NCBI RefSeq assembly: GCF_964204645.1
Contig: NC_134025.1
Coordinates: forward strand, 26,888,299 to 26,952,298
Length of the DNA stretch: 64,000 bases
Source: Tubulanus polymorphus
Lineage: Eukaryota; Animalia; Nemertea
Reading direction: 5' to 3'
The notes under the pieces are model-generated. The model was not told the DNA's origin. It did no database searches and saw only the letters and a program-made list of their open reading frames with translations. Position numbers and translations under genes: made by a program. Below, piece after piece: positions 1 to 14,900 of this stretch (the first letter of the stretch is position 1; every line of letters begins with the position of its first letter).

Positions 1-1276
1 CGGTTCGAAATAGGTGTTAGCGCGTAAACCCAATGGAGTTTATCGAGTATGTGCACAATCCGCTTATGAATGCATTCACGGTATAATTATCTTTATATGC
101 CCTAAAAATGCCATTAACTTTACTTAATCTCAATCCATCCTAATCGATACGTTGAATCGTGTTACAATTAGGATTTATTAGTCCGTAAATTTCTTGAAGC
201 AAATACAAAAATGCATTATTCCCATGAAAGTCAAAATTTCTATAACACGTGCATTCTTGATATACCTACACTACCTATTACACCACCTACTCTTTTTAAA
301 ACCTGATCATCAGGCTGTAAACGAGTATACTATATCGAATAAGCGAGGTCGCATTCTCGTTATTATAAAAACATTTCGATGCGTATCTTTTTTGCTTGCA
401 TCATGTGTACGTGGGTATATCGACGCAACGAAGGAAGAATAGCATTATGAGGTAGCGTTACCGAGTCAGAAAATGTGCTGCTAAGGTGAAATAATGTTGA
501 AATGAATCGCTACTATTTCAAGATACATAAATAAATTGACAATAAAACGTATTTTCCGAGCGAACGAAATGAGAATTACCACTACACAAGCCGTCGTATT
601 GGAACAATATTTCAAAGAGGTATAAACAGCGTTGAAAATAAACTATTAATAGATTTTGGTTCTTCATTAATTCTAGATTATCTAACTAGTTCCAGATAAG
701 ACTTGGTATTTGCGCTATCATTAACCTTTGCTGTAGGCGGCAATTACTACTCAGACAGCACTTCAAAGACATCACGTATAAGTCGTAAAACCCGTGTATC
801 ACGTCGAAATGGCGACCGATACCCTAACGTCCGGTACTTAAACCTGTTTGCGTATTTATGTCCAAGGGTGAGAGGTGAACGCAGCCATTAGTATCGGGGA
901 CTAGACATATTAAGGCCAGAGTAATATAATAAATCCGTGGATGAAGAGATGTCAGTTTCGAAGATGAAATCAATAGAAATCTTATTCATTTATCATTCAA
1001 GAGTCTACGAACTGACTTCTACTGACTTCCATTTCTGGTAATAGATAGAGGACCAAGAATCATTATCTGGTTTCCTGTATAATATTAATTGAGGTTTCAT
1101 CTGCCCTCGAATTTCTATTGATTGTTGTCTAATCATCTCAAATTTAAGTCACAGTGATGTCTCTTCATCGTGGTGTTTCATTACGAAGTGACGTCACACT
1201 GGCTAATATTGCACATAGAAAATAGTGGAGACGAATGAGTTAATTTTTTTCGTGGTGACGATTCCGTCTATTTTGC

Positions 1277-1657
1277 AGGGGCAGATACAAGGTGAGGGAC
1301 CTGTTTTATACAAACTATTCCTTAGTTTCTACAGACCCCTCCAGGTCTAATTTACTGTATTTTGTATTACGCTTTGTACACTATGCTGTAAATCATCTTT
1401 GAAAAATAAAGTGTTCAAAGTTCAAAGGGGGTGTATACCCCCTAAAATGTCAAGTTGCCCTGAAATTTGACGGGAAAATGAAATATCAAACTGAGCCTAA
1501 AAAGCTTAAATTCATAAGCTTGTTTTTCTGTATTTCTAAAAAAAAATGAGTTCATGTTTTCCGATGACCTTTCTTTTAGAGTGTCCTTTTAATTAGTATG
1601 ATATGCTCTATTTTGGAGGTGCATCCCTCCTTGAATCAGACCCTAGGTCCGCCCTTA
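1277..1657. mobile_element. Degenerate MITE-like element with CAGGGGCGGATCTAG-type ends
   Basis: The left end CAGGGGCAGATACAAGG and right end CCTAGGTCCGCCCTTAC are imperfect inverted repeats. Related single ends occur at ~26309-26323 (CCTAGATTTGCCCCTG) and ~52658-52673 (CAGGGACGGATCTAAG). Confidence 0.4.
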
Positions 1658-2319
1658 CTTTGTCGTATTGTCAGACAAACCGCCATTGCATCGTTGTCAA
1701 TATTGCATGGCCATGAAACGGTGTAAAGCACTAAAAAGTGTACCGATTCCATTAACTAAAGCTCAAATGAATAACGAATTCCATATCGTCGTTTCAATTG
1801 AATGAATGCCTGCAACGCATAGTGTTATTAACGACCAAATGCCGTTGTGATAATTTTGGTAAACATAGAGCCGCTATGCGGGCAAATATTAGAGAACTTT
1901 ATTGGATGAAATCTTCCTGCTCGAAGTTAATTTACGTTTTGTTTGCAGAAATCCAGAAAATCCACTGTTGCCTAGAGCGGAAGTAACGTTGTTTTCAATG
2001 GACATGGCCACCGGAAGGGGTACCGATTGCAGGAAATTGAAAAAAACACATGATACGATAATAACCAAAAACTCCAAACGTTAATTCGCGAATGTGTGTT
2101 TACTTTCTCCTCATCAGCAAGCTGACAACGACCATTATCGGATTATTCAGGAATTGATAAGCACAAAGAACACTCGCCATGATTCACTTTAACAACCTGT
2201 ATCGCTGTTGTGATTCTGTGCGTAAAATGAATGAACGGCGAATGTTCTGATTAGAGCACATTTTCTATCATCGGGGAACCCATCGACGAAGAAACAGCTG
2301 TTATACTAACCATGTTAAC

Positions 2320-2355
2320 CATGGACTCTAAAACGAATTCATTCTAGAGTCCATG
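2320..2355. repeat. 36-bp near-perfect palindrome, possible minimal non-autonomous DNA element
   Basis: CATGGACTCTAAAACGAATTCATTCTAGAGTCCATG is self-complementary except for two pairs and is flanked by TGTTAAC / TGTTAAT. Confidence 0.6.
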
Positions 2356-3387
2356 TGTTAATGAATTTAAAATCGGCCACAATGTCTTGTAAACGGAAAA
2401 CATATCCAAGTTGAATACCCGAGATTAAGTGTTCTTCATGGATGTATTTTTCAATATCCATTTTCAATATCCTTATAACGCTATCGAACGTCCATCAAGT
2501 AGTGCGTGATAATGAAGACGATTATCTGATGAAATGAATGTTTAACGCTTGGAATGTTCATAAAATCATAGCCGTAATTTCATTAACTAACGTCATCACC
2601 AATTTCCACCGAAAGGTATTCGTGTCGCAGACACCATGAATCCCTCGCAGATTATTGGATGGTATAAGTAAGATGCAACTCACTAAATACGTAGGTAATT
2701 ATTTCAAAGAAAAACTCGTATCAACACCAATACTAGAGGTACAAGTTCCTGATGGATCTTTGATCGAATAAATAGCAAATTTGCAATCTATTTGATCGGT
2801 GGTAAATCAACCATCTTTATTGTGAAAGCACCTCGGGTGTCTGTTTTTCAGATGCTGCATCGAACGATGTTTGTTCTCAGTGATTGCGATGAAAATTGAA
2901 TAACAAATCCACGTGAAAGTTATTCTCACGAGGTTAATATTCGACAGGGCATCCTACATTATCTGTAAAATTTCAGCTCGCCCAATCCGATGCGATAGGA
3001 TTACCGCTACCGGTTAAGGAAGTGCAAGTCTATTGAGGTTTCGCGTGGGTAAGTATACGTTTTTAAATTTCAGTCGATTTACAGCTAGCGAGAAAACCCG
3101 CGAATGCAATCACTATCAATTATTCAGGCTAATAGAACTTGTATTGAATCTTCGAATAAGGAATTAACTGTGCAAACCACATCGGTGAATACAAATATAC
3201 GCACAAAATAGGACTACGTTGTAAACCGATATAGATAGACTATGATGGATTACTGAAATTGCCGGCCATTTGGCATCAAGATAACTATTCACCTGTGCGT
3301 TACATGGCTGACCCGTAAAATGAGAGGATAAGCATTAATTAACGTTAGGAGAATAATTATCAGGGAGAAATGTATATAAATATATAG

Positions 3388-3392
<5 letters not shown>

Positions 3393-3421
<29 letters not shown>
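3393..3421. repeat. (AT)n microsatellite
   Basis: Direct reading. Confidence 0.95.
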
Positions 3422-6400
3422 CTGACGAGCAATTTTCTCCCTGGTTGGCTGCACACCTTCCGTATCAAAACTATCAGAAGCCAACTTATTATTCCCAAGG
3501 TTTTAGGCAAATGGTCTCTCAAGTGCTCCGCTAAATGGCATCATTTGTATAAAATGCCTCAGCCGCATTTGTGCGCACACGTTTAACTGCATTGATCTTT
3601 ACGTGAAGTATTTTACAACATTTTGAGCAATTTTGTTCATGCCCTTCGGAATCGGAAAAGTAGTGACTAGATATTTCAAGATTGATCAATTAGTCAAGTC
3701 CTTTCATGCAACCGAAAGGGAGCTGACGATAAATCAAAGGAAGTAGTCTGGAGTCTTTCGAAATATCGTCTAAGTCCATTATTGCCTGCGTGATCCATAT
3801 GTCTACAAGAAGAAATAGATTTCTGCAAAGAATCTATATAGCAAAGCATTTAAGCTGTGGAAATAATGTCGCACCAGTACTGTGTATCGGGTACTTTCGT
3901 GGACGAAATCTGCCTCCACAAATATATTAATGGCAAAGTTTTAATGAAAAATGCCATGGCTTTTTTTTCGAGTCGGAGTGGCGCATCAATTTGACGGCAA
4001 TATATTTGAGATACTTGAATCTCTCGTAAATCACATTCGTGTGAACGAATTTTTGAAGTGCCATAAGAACCGCTGTGGATATTGTGGAGCCAATCAAATA
4101 AACGGAATACTGATGGATTCGTGATTGCGTAAAAGAATATAAAACTTTGAAAACCGTATTATCAGAATTCGGTGCCTCGCGTAACATATCGGGAGAAAAT
4201 CTACAATCTACAAGATTCGTTGTCGTTCTGAAAATTATGACTTCAGGCTTTTGATGAATCGCGCGTGATTCACATTCAAGCGCTCAGAAAATTGATGAAT
4301 AGTCCAAGAGTCGTTAAAACGTAATTCTACTACGAAGAATAGGATAATTACGTCGTGCAAGTCGTAAACCTCACTCAAATATTTCGAAATCACGAGATAA
4401 TTCGATGAAAATTAATTGTGCTTGGCGAGGCTGGCTTTCTTTATTCGTTTTGCTTGTTTGACTTTTTTTTATTTTCGCTCGAGCCATTTTTCAACGTCTT
4501 TGAAATCGAGTTTTATCAATGAATACTGTGGCAAACACTTAATATAATTGTACCCGTTCCCATAACGTCAACTCATAAATCTCTTGTGGATACTTTACAA
4601 ATCATCTTTTAAAAAATCCCGACTTTGACATCACAGATTATGTAGTTTATTCGGTTACTTATCCTATCCTGGGTCTATATCCAATAACACTTTGGACCGT
4701 AGAACTCATATTTCCATAAAATTATACCAAATGAACTGCGATGAAATTATATATGCCGCAACACTCTCTCAGCCGCACATCATTAATCAAATTCAGAGAA
4801 TACCCATTTCATCTATTTTATCCAGGGAATTGGAAATACACTTCTACAACATACATATTTCAGATAGAGCTTTAGCACAATGGCAATTAATAAGCTTCGA
4901 TAATAAAAACATTTGATTGTTTGTTACATTATTTATAAATATGGAAAATACGAGCATTTCTGAAATGAAGATATGAACATCCTATGTTCATTCATCGAAC
5001 GACTTTCACATGAACAATGGCAAACTAGTGATCATTTATCTAACCCGAAAGAGACGTGAGGTCTTCTTCAGAAAATCGAATTTATCGCAATCCTGTCAGC
5101 CAGATCTTGTTAGCAGCTTTGTGTCAAGTAAAGCAGCTAGTGCTGAGCATATTTGCAGTCTAGCAGGCAATGACATTTCATTCAATTTGCAAAATAATAT
5201 TTGCCGTGGCTTTATTGGGAACTTCTTGGCGAGAAAGTCTACAGATATAGTTTTTTCGAGCAATAATCTTTGGCGTTATTTCGGTATGAAGTAATACGCA
5301 TTGGTAACGAAACAATAGGTCACAACGACTATTAGTTTGTCTCTCCCAATACAATACTTTAAAGAACATTTATTATTAGATGCCTTCGTGTTTACTGGTT
5401 GAATACATCAAGGGTATCTATCAAATCGTCTGATACGTGACATTTCCGTCCATAGCCAGTGGTATTAATTTCCTCCCGTTCAGATCCCATTTATTTGTTT
5501 TCGTTGACATGTGAACATAATGCGAATACAGGTAGAAACACGCCCAAAACATGTCAGTTTCACTATTCTGTCAATTAAACCACCGTTCGGTTTCTTACCG
5601 CAAGGACTTCGATGGATAACCCAGGCTATTTTTTAAATTTTCTTCTTCAAAACGGTACACATTAGGCCCTATAGCATACCCAACGTTTCTTATTTTTTGT
5701 TTTTTTTGCCACTCGTGGCCGTCTAAGAAGAAAATAAGATTGTCATCATATTGAATATCATTCCTAGTAGTGTTCTTATCTTTTATCTGATATCGAATTT
5801 TCCTCAAAGGGCCATTCAGACTGGTAACCGAATTGTCAGGACTTTTGACGTGAACGAGGCAAACAGAATGATGTCGTTGTAGAGCAACTGTGTCTGTCAT
5901 CATCTGTTTTCTTGGAGATTATTGATGATAATGTCGCAATATGGCCGAATCCGTCGGAAACACGACTAAAACATTCCAATTAATTGCATCAAATCATTGA
6001 TTAAATTTCCTGACAAAAAAGACACCGAGCACAATCAATCATTTCTAAGAAACTATCAGACGTAGAAAATACCAAGATAAATGGGCACTGATGTTTCAAA
6101 TTTGAAAAGGAATTGCAGCGTTGAATTCCACAAGTTAAAAAGTATACCGTTGAAATTTAGTTTTGTCGATAGGATGCCTAAGATAAATGCTAAATGCGAG
6201 TGACCTTGACCTCAGGTCATTATACGAGGACCTCGTGGCAAATAGGAAATCGTTCGATCGAGTGGAAGATCTGAAAAGAAAAGTTCCAAGCGTAAAGAGA
6301 TATGAGAAATGCAAATCAATCATGAACTTCATCGAAGATATCTGCATTCTGGAATGACACGCAAATGAGAGTACATGCTTCTCTTGTTTGTCCGTCCCTT

Positions 6401-9400
6401 AAACCGCACAGAAATCTATCGTCAAGAAAAAAGAAATTGCACGCATAAATTATTCATGTCCCTCGTCATTTGCAACGCAAAGTCGTTACACAGCGGTTTC
6501 AGGGGAGACGGTACCTCCCAAAAGCAGTTGTCAATAAAGATAATTAAAGATTATAGTTCACAAGATTTGGAAAATTGTCTCGCATAAATAACAGAGCGTT
6601 TCAATTTGTCTTTGCCCATTGAGTATATATCTATTCGTGAATGAATTCAGTTACTTCAGTTTTGTTTTTTTCAGCGTGAACAACGCGTGGGAGTTTAGCC
6701 GTCCATTATACACGCATTTTTAAACTCTCCGATTGACTGGACTAAAAATAATGTCTGGAATTTTCACCTACAAACTGCTGAACGGAGTAGACGTATGAAC
6801 GTGCTGTAATGAATCCACGTATAAGCGTGCATAAATTCTCAACTCAGCGAGAAAGCCAATCGAATGAATCAAGCAAAATTCACTTAATTCCTGGGTGAAA
6901 TCACTTCAGGACACGCATAGAAACACATCCTAATTGACTTGCGTGGAGTTAAATGCCTTAAATTTGAGTCAAATAGACCAAAGGGTGTAATCAGTTTCAA
7001 CTGAACAATGTACGCTATACCAATCAAACTAATGGACAAGAGCGATCCATTTCCAATATTGTCCTGACCTTTGAATGATGTTACTATGGCCACGTACACA
7101 ACTGGATCGTAACCGATGCGAGTTTTTTCAGCTTTTCTAATTATCGAGATGCAGAGTGATGATGATGCATTTTCAACGGAAAAACCAAATAGATTGACCT
7201 TCTCTGTTCCTTCGATTAAGAGACGGATTTCCATTACATATGGATTTAGCGAAAGCGTCTGCCCGGATGATAATAGCGTATAGATTGAGTCTATGTCTGA
7301 GCTTTATATGAAAATGCCCACGGAAATGGATATTGGCTTCTAAATATATATCCGACAACTTGTAAATACCCAAAATCATATTAATGACAAGCGATAAAGA
7401 ATGTTTTTCGACCGTCCTCTTATCTGGAATATGACAAAAACGTTTTTTACGTATGCAAGTAATTGGTAGACGTCGTAAGGAATTTATAGTTCCATTAGCG
7501 GTTTCACGACACAGCTCGTTAATTGATCGTCATACTTCTAGACGGTTGATGGAAATAACCGGGAAAAAGAGGGCAAGAATTCCCTTCGTGACTGTTGACA
7601 GAAATACAAATGATAGAAAGTAGTTGTTCTATTCATCGGCATTTGGTTAAATCAGAAGATTCAGTGTCAGACTAGTGGCTTTAACCTCATTTCCGGTGTA
7701 TAGCGTGTTGCATACCAATACTCGATACAAATGTCACCCCTATAAAGTAAGTGACTTAAATCCTAGCTGCGTCATGCATAAAATGATTAAGATTGCCTGA
7801 CACTTTATCGAGGAATCGTTGCATTGCGTGTTGGATTTCTGTAAATTCGTTCCCATGACACAGTCTTCGATTTGAATGTTTCCACAATACTATCAAGTCG
7901 AATGTTATCATCGGCATTCATAAATTCTAAATTTAGGTAAGACAAAGGTGATATTAGATGGAAAAATGAACATGTTATTTCTTTCGAAATTACTCTGCAC
8001 ATTTGCCATGTACCCGGGAGGTGAAGGAAAACGTTTTGATCCTTTCGAATTTCATTCACGGGTAAATAACCTGAGACAATTAGTTTTTCTTTGTTCGCTG
8101 ATTTGCCACAAATCGTTTTATCTTCGCCATATCGATTTCCTTTCTTTATACCCTAATAAAAAGATTGATGCCAACAATTGGTTTCGGGTAACCAATAAAA
8201 TGAAGCTCGCGTTTTCCTGTTGATTCGGTGCATTTGCATTGATCATACGTTTTAGGCTCCGATAATCCGAAAAGTAACCGGCAACACGAATATTGACTAG
8301 CATATACACGAGATATTCTATCTATTTTCCAATTCTTGTCTATCGGCATAAGTGTACCAGCACCGTGCAGTTCTACATGCAATCTGCCCGATTCTCACAA
8401 CCAAACCGAAAGTTATGATTATTCGGTCGCTGTCATCATCAGATGTAGTCCCAGATAATCGGTTCACCTATTTCGCTTTGCTACGATATTATAGAAACAA
8501 CCGATTGCTGAACACTAGTTGTGCGAAAACCACATATCCAAAAATATTCTAAGATACTTATGATTCTTTGAAATAGTCAGTTTAGTAACATGATTCTTCA
8601 GAAACCTTGCGCACATTTATAAAGGATATTTTACTTCTACATTTCAAAGGCGTTACGGAAATTACGAAAATAAAATATCTGAATAAAAGTTTTTAGGGTT
8701 TCGAGTACTAGATAATGATGCGGTTACTAAGTGCTCGGTTAGAGGAGGGAGGCGTCCATTTTTAATCGAGTGTGAGTAGTTGATTCCTGAAATCTTATCT
8801 TCCCAAGAATCCGATAAACTACGAAAATGATGCTTTCGACATTAAGATAGAGCTACGATGCTGTGATAAAAAAATAGCCGAAAAAACATAAACCGTTTGT
8901 TGGCTGATCAAGACGAAAATGGCGGATATAGATAAACTCCCTTAAGAAATATCCAAAATTGATGACGATTCAAATTAAAATCTAATCATAAACTCTATAC
9001 AATCAATGAAGCTTTTAACTTTTCTTCTCTCAAAAACAGGTGGTATACCTATATACCACTGACGTGTTACGAATTATTTTTAATTTCATATTCAAATCCA
9101 CTCCGGTAAATAACCTCAAGTGTGAATGGTAGGAGTTTGAGTATCAGAGAACATTTACTAAACTAACAGGTGCAGAAAGTATATTTTTAGTAGTATGAAG
9201 CTTCTTAATGAATATCTGTATGTAAATGTGCCGGGTAAATGCATACGAAGATACAATCGCTGAGGCAACGCATAAAACCTGGACGTTATATATTAGAAAA
9301 TGACCACAACGGAAATGAACTTGTTTTTTATTCCTAACATATATGTGTGAGTCAACATTGATATGCATAGCTATTCGATCTTGAGCGATAAACATGGAAT

Positions 9401-11549
9401 TACTGGTTCTTATCAAAATACGACGAATAAGTTACATTTTGATGGTGTTTGTTGAAGATAGCATTCACGTACTGATTATGGATTGTTTCGAAGGTCCATT
9501 ACTGCTCTCCCCTTTTTCCCCGAAAGAAATAATTCAGTCCGTAGAAAGCTAGGTTATCAAATGCCTTTAGGTTAGAAGGATCCGATGTTGTTATGTGATA
9601 ATAAAGTCTGGGAGAACAGAATCTGCTCCTTAACTAATTAATAGACAGAACCTTGGGAATTCTACTACGATTGAAGCACCTCTGGCTGGACGAAGCTTAG
9701 CATATTCAGTCCACGTTCAATTATTACAGATGATAACAGGATTTATCATCACACGATCGTCTTGAATAAGTTTCGATATTCATTTCATGCGATGTGTTGA
9801 TCGAATGAAAATCTCCATCAATCACCCCGGAATAAAAACAAACAAGATCTTGCTCTTTGATGATGTAATCGTACTGGTGCGCGTTAGTTCACCCGTCACA
9901 AAATTAAAAACAAACAGAAATAGACAAGAACAAAACGTGTACATGTTCGGGGGAAATGGGAGAGCAGTTCAATTTCCTATTAATGATTCCCCGGACGGTT
10001 GGCCGGTTGTGAATACGCATTTCGATGTAAACTAACCATCAAGGTCGTCAGTAGTTCAAAACAACACGATTCGTTACGTACCCGATGATGATTGCACGTA
10101 CTTTCTGGCCGTACTCATATATATCTCATTGAAAATTAGTACGAATGGAAGCAGAAAAGTACAGGGGTTATTCTTTTACACGTTCCTTTCCCAAACGAGT
10201 GACCTTTATACCCCACGATATACACGCGGCTTCCCGTGTCTATCAATTTACTAAATTTCAAACCCAGGGAAATCTCTGTTGCGTGACCTCATCTCTCAAT
10301 TCGCTTCGAAATAGAAATGATTGCGATCCCCAGAGGAATCATAATGCATCAATTATTGATAAAGCCAGTTTAATATGGAGTGATATCGCGTGTAGTTTCG
10401 GTTACCTCTCCTTACGGGTTTAGTATATAAGGATGTTTAATGCATGTGATATGTTACACATGAGAGTTTTATAATGCGCAGAACAGTAACTTTACTATTT
10501 TACATACTGATAGGCCGCTACTCTTGTTTCTTCGACAATTCAACTCAGCTAATGAGTGATTGCGTGTCACTTATCCCTGTTTTCCCATTATGAAAGTATA
10601 GATAAGGCGACAGACGAATATAGAGTTGATACAATAGAAACAACATATCGCATCGCAAACGTGCCCACAATCTGCGTGTCCTCGGAGCATGCTGATGGTA
10701 ATGTTTCGTCTCATGGAAATATACGGTTGTTTTTTTTACTGATCTATTATTATGACGCTGATCAATCTCTCACTCCGCATCTGGCAATAACGTGTTGCTG
10801 TAATGGAACTACTTTTCCTGGGCAAAGCTAGCTATTATTATTGACCGATGACCGATTACCCGTTAATCGCTTCCGGTAATGGGTCCTGCAATCGATTTAT
10901 AGACTACAAAAAACCGCATTGAAGTTATTACGACTTATCATACACACCCATCCGAAACGAAAAAGATACCTCAAGGAACACTTAATGCCGAATAAACGTG
11001 TTGAGGATTTTGAGCACAATAAAGATGCTTTATTGGCAAAATAACGATATTTTCTCATGAATAAATTATCGAGGTGATTGTTCGTACTACAAGCAAAAGC
11101 GTTAGAAATAGGAAGACCTTTCAGATGGGGGTTGTTGTTGGTATATAAGCCTCGTCTTTGGTTTCGTCAACAGGAAACTGTGCAAGTAAATTATGTCTTG
11201 GTGTATACCCTGTTTTTACATGTTCATAATTACCGAACTAAACGAAATTGATACCACAGTAATGCAATCATGTACATAGCGTAAATATACACATTCTAGA
11301 TTATTTGGGATCTACCATGCTAAGCATTATAAATATTTCACATAGCAAAAAAAGCTTTAAGGCAAATTAATGAAGAAAACTGCAAACATACTAAGTGGGG
11401 GAGATAATAAGACTAGCAGCTATAGGATGCAACGAAGGAAATGTTTCTGCTATGCATAAAATGGTACACTAGATGTGTATATAGTACTGTACGGTAAGTA
11501 GGTAGCATGCTATCTGTTTAAAGCTTGCTAAGAAAACACATCGTCCTAC

Positions 11550-11921
11550 CTTTTCTTTACGAATTTTAAGTCTTTCATCGGAACGTATTAAGCCTCCGGT
11601 ACCCAATTTAGTCTGGACAGCATTTGGTCTATGTCTTCGGACGCGGTTTTGTGCATTCGTATTTTCCACAATAACTTCCCGAAGATTGTCGATTGCGTCT
11701 ATCAACCGTTCTGTTGGATCGAGATTCACTTTCACCTCGGGACAAATGTTGAGCTGTGCACTATCCCGATTTTGGCTATTGGACTCACGGGTAGATTCCG
11801 CGTCGAAAAAGTTATCGTACGGCAAATCCACAGATCCGCAGTCCTCTTCCTCATCGTGTCCAGCATAGTTGGGAGGATTCGTGGCATCGTGTAAAACAGC
11901 ATTCATGAACTCGCCAGTCAG
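11550..11921 (-). CDS. Candidate orphan coding exon (acidic/low-complexity stretch, short amphipathic helix, basic end)
   Basis: 372-nt open frame bounded by CCAG| and AAG|GTAGGA (phase 0-0) inside the 157-aa ORF 11469-11942. Protein-like composition (DEEEDCGS..ERLIDAIDNLREVIVEN..RVRRHRP). No recognised family. Confidence 0.35.
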
Positions 11922-14900
11922 CTGGAATCGACTGAGCAACATTTATATCCAGGAACAGACTACATTTGAAACAGAATTCTCCGTAAGTATTGCGGTCGAG
12001 TTTCGCGTATTGCTCCCCTCGGGATTGCCGAAATGTTCCGACAAACGACGAAACCTAGTCACGTGACGAACAAACCGCCAGTTATTAGAGGTTTTAAGTT
12101 CCTGTCTGAATTCGTTGGGCTGTTGGCCTCAGTAGCCAGGTGAGTTGTTATCAATGCACCAAGTAATTTGCTGTAATAAAATTACGTTAGATGAATCGAC
12201 CATAGCAACCTAGCCAACTGTTTGCTCTGGCAGTTGAGTGAAATCTCCAGCTCGAATACGAACGAATCAAGCAGCGAAACGTTCCATGCAACATCAGCTA
12301 AAATTTTTGTATCGGCGCTAGTTTCGCTCGATGGCTGTGGCTGGCTGGCTGGCTGGTGGTACGGAGAACGCAGAGCAGCGATCACTGCAAATGTTGGAAA
12401 TACCAAATAGCTACCTGACTCAGACTGACATTTGTATACTTCGCGTAGTAGAACTGCGTATCTTTGATCGATTCGATTGCTTCTCAACGCCTCATCACCT
12501 TTAGTAATAGTAAGAAAAATATGTATGAAAAAATATATTTGTGTTGGTTGAAAGCAGTTGTGCCATCTGGCTTTCGAGATAGCTATGCACACTAATTTCT
12601 TAATAAAAATCGTTGACCATGACCTTGAAGCACGTGTTTAGGCACCCAAATACCTTCAAGAATTAGTTTGCCAGCTAATTAAAAGCCATTTAAGTCCTCA
12701 AGTATGTTATGAGTGATGAAATATTCGTCTCATTTGCCAATAAATTCGATCGGTAACTGAAGTGAAAATATAATGATGTAAGTATAAGTTACGTGAAGAT
12801 AGCGTGCAACTGAGTTCATATCGTAAAGTGCAATTTTTATTTGATCGACAAAGCATTCGGTATTCAACACCCAGAGGGGTTTATGTCATTCCACGAGCTT
12901 ACCGAACGGCACGGGTCTTCGCCATAAGACGGTTTTTTTTCGTCTAGAACACCTTTATACAGAAAATAGCTACGGATTTAGAAGCTCTATACGTTATGGT
13001 GCTAGATCCATCATCGATGACAATTTTGCCTGTAAGCCTATCTCAAATGTAATGAATAATATTTGACAAGTTGTTTTGCTTGGATCCCCTTATCAAGATA
13101 AATGTGTAACCATAATTTCAACTTTACTCGTGTGAATAAATAGCCTCACTAACTCACAAAAAGCCGTGGCACTGAAAATAAATTATTTAGCCGCGGTTTT
13201 TTTTCCCAGTATTTTGTCACACGCCAATTTACGGTTGAGTTACGTGATACAATCTTATGTATGGATTTATCGGACAAATCAAGAAGTGATCAATACTTAA
13301 TTATGCGGATTAACGTTCTACAAAGCCAGCTCAATATATATTAATCATAACTTGACGTCAGTAGGTATAAATATATTATATGTATGTATATGCGCACATG
13401 CAGTTATGTTGTTGTCTATACACAGCCCATGTGATGAATGCATCGTCTTTTTATCTTCCACGTAATGAGCCACATTTAATAATAGAACGTATGTATATAT
13501 ATAGATGAACTACCGTGGGGGGACTTTCTAAATAATGTGTCCTGTTTTAGAATATTTCTAAGAATATAAATAGAAACAAAAATCTCAATCATGAATGAAT
13601 TAAACACGACAGTTCGATTATCGCCGACCCATCCCCCGAAGGCTTAAATAGCCTTGTTATATGTAATGCCTAATTCGAGATGAAGCGGTTATTTTCGTCA
13701 ATATATGAAACGGATAGAACCCGAATATTGACGCAGCCCGTGAGACCAATAAAGGTGCAACTGCTCGAAGAATTCACATTGATTGAGAAGGCTAGACCAC
13801 AAACAAGCTAAATTTACTGATATATGAATAATTCAGAAGTCGTGGACTCGATATACAGGTCCTGCAAATTTGACACAAAAGCATGATCCACGACGTACAT
13901 TATATTCATTAGGATGATAATCCCGTCCTCTGATTACACACATTCAATATGTACATCATCGTTTTGAACGGCTATTTTCATCAGTACACAGTTTTCATTT
14001 CATTATCTGCATGAAAACCTATAATACAATTTCATTACGAAATTACTTACGTATTCATGATATTAGTTTTCTCGGCCTGACATTAAACTAGATACTAATA
14101 TTCACCCATTAAATTATTAATTAATTCATCTTCATTATCTATTTTATACTTCGAATTGGTATTCGACAAATTTTATGCCGATTCCCTAGGTATATCTATG
14201 TAGTAGGTATCAAAATCGAGATTTTCGACTTGAGAATCAAGACCTGATGATGAACTCAATGGAATTCTAAGGCATTTTTAAGAGATGAAACAACGCATAC
14301 ATAACGCATATATTGGGTACGTTGGAAAGTGATTAGACTAAGAAGCCTTCATTTGATACGAAGTTGTCATTTCCATTCATAAACCGTCTATTAGTTGATT
14401 AAAGAACAAGACAAATTTAGACATGAATACCTGCTGTTGCGGGTTTCTCTTATACGTCGATCTCTCATCACGTTTTTTCACGCGTGGAAATACGATAGCG
14501 AAACGTGACGGTTTCGTGGCAGAAAGTGAAACCAGTCTTTTCTAGGTTTTCAAATTAGCGTCAGAGACGAGAGTTAAATTTGTCGTCTCTCTACGTACAA
14601 TGAACCGAAACACCTAATCAAATTCAGATCGTGGAGAATTGAATTTTTACGTCCTTCCTGTTCAACTATTATCAAGATTCTTGTAGCACCTGTGCCAACT
14701 TATACGTCGTGGAATTATTTCCCATCGACTGTGGTCGATATTGTCATTGGATAAAAGCTCCTAACTGCTTTAGAATTGATCAAGTTATTTATTAAAAGGT
14801 ATAATGCTTGAAATACGATACATATGAATGTCAAGTGTCCAGGTAGTGCAGCAGGGATATTGATAGGAAGGCTGCAGCGAGGGGCAGAACTTATCTTACA

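Noticed and set aside
194-11000. Numerous 60-116 aa ORFs in the first 11 kb
   Set aside because: No recognisable motifs, many non-ATG starts and no consistent exon chain; expected by chance.
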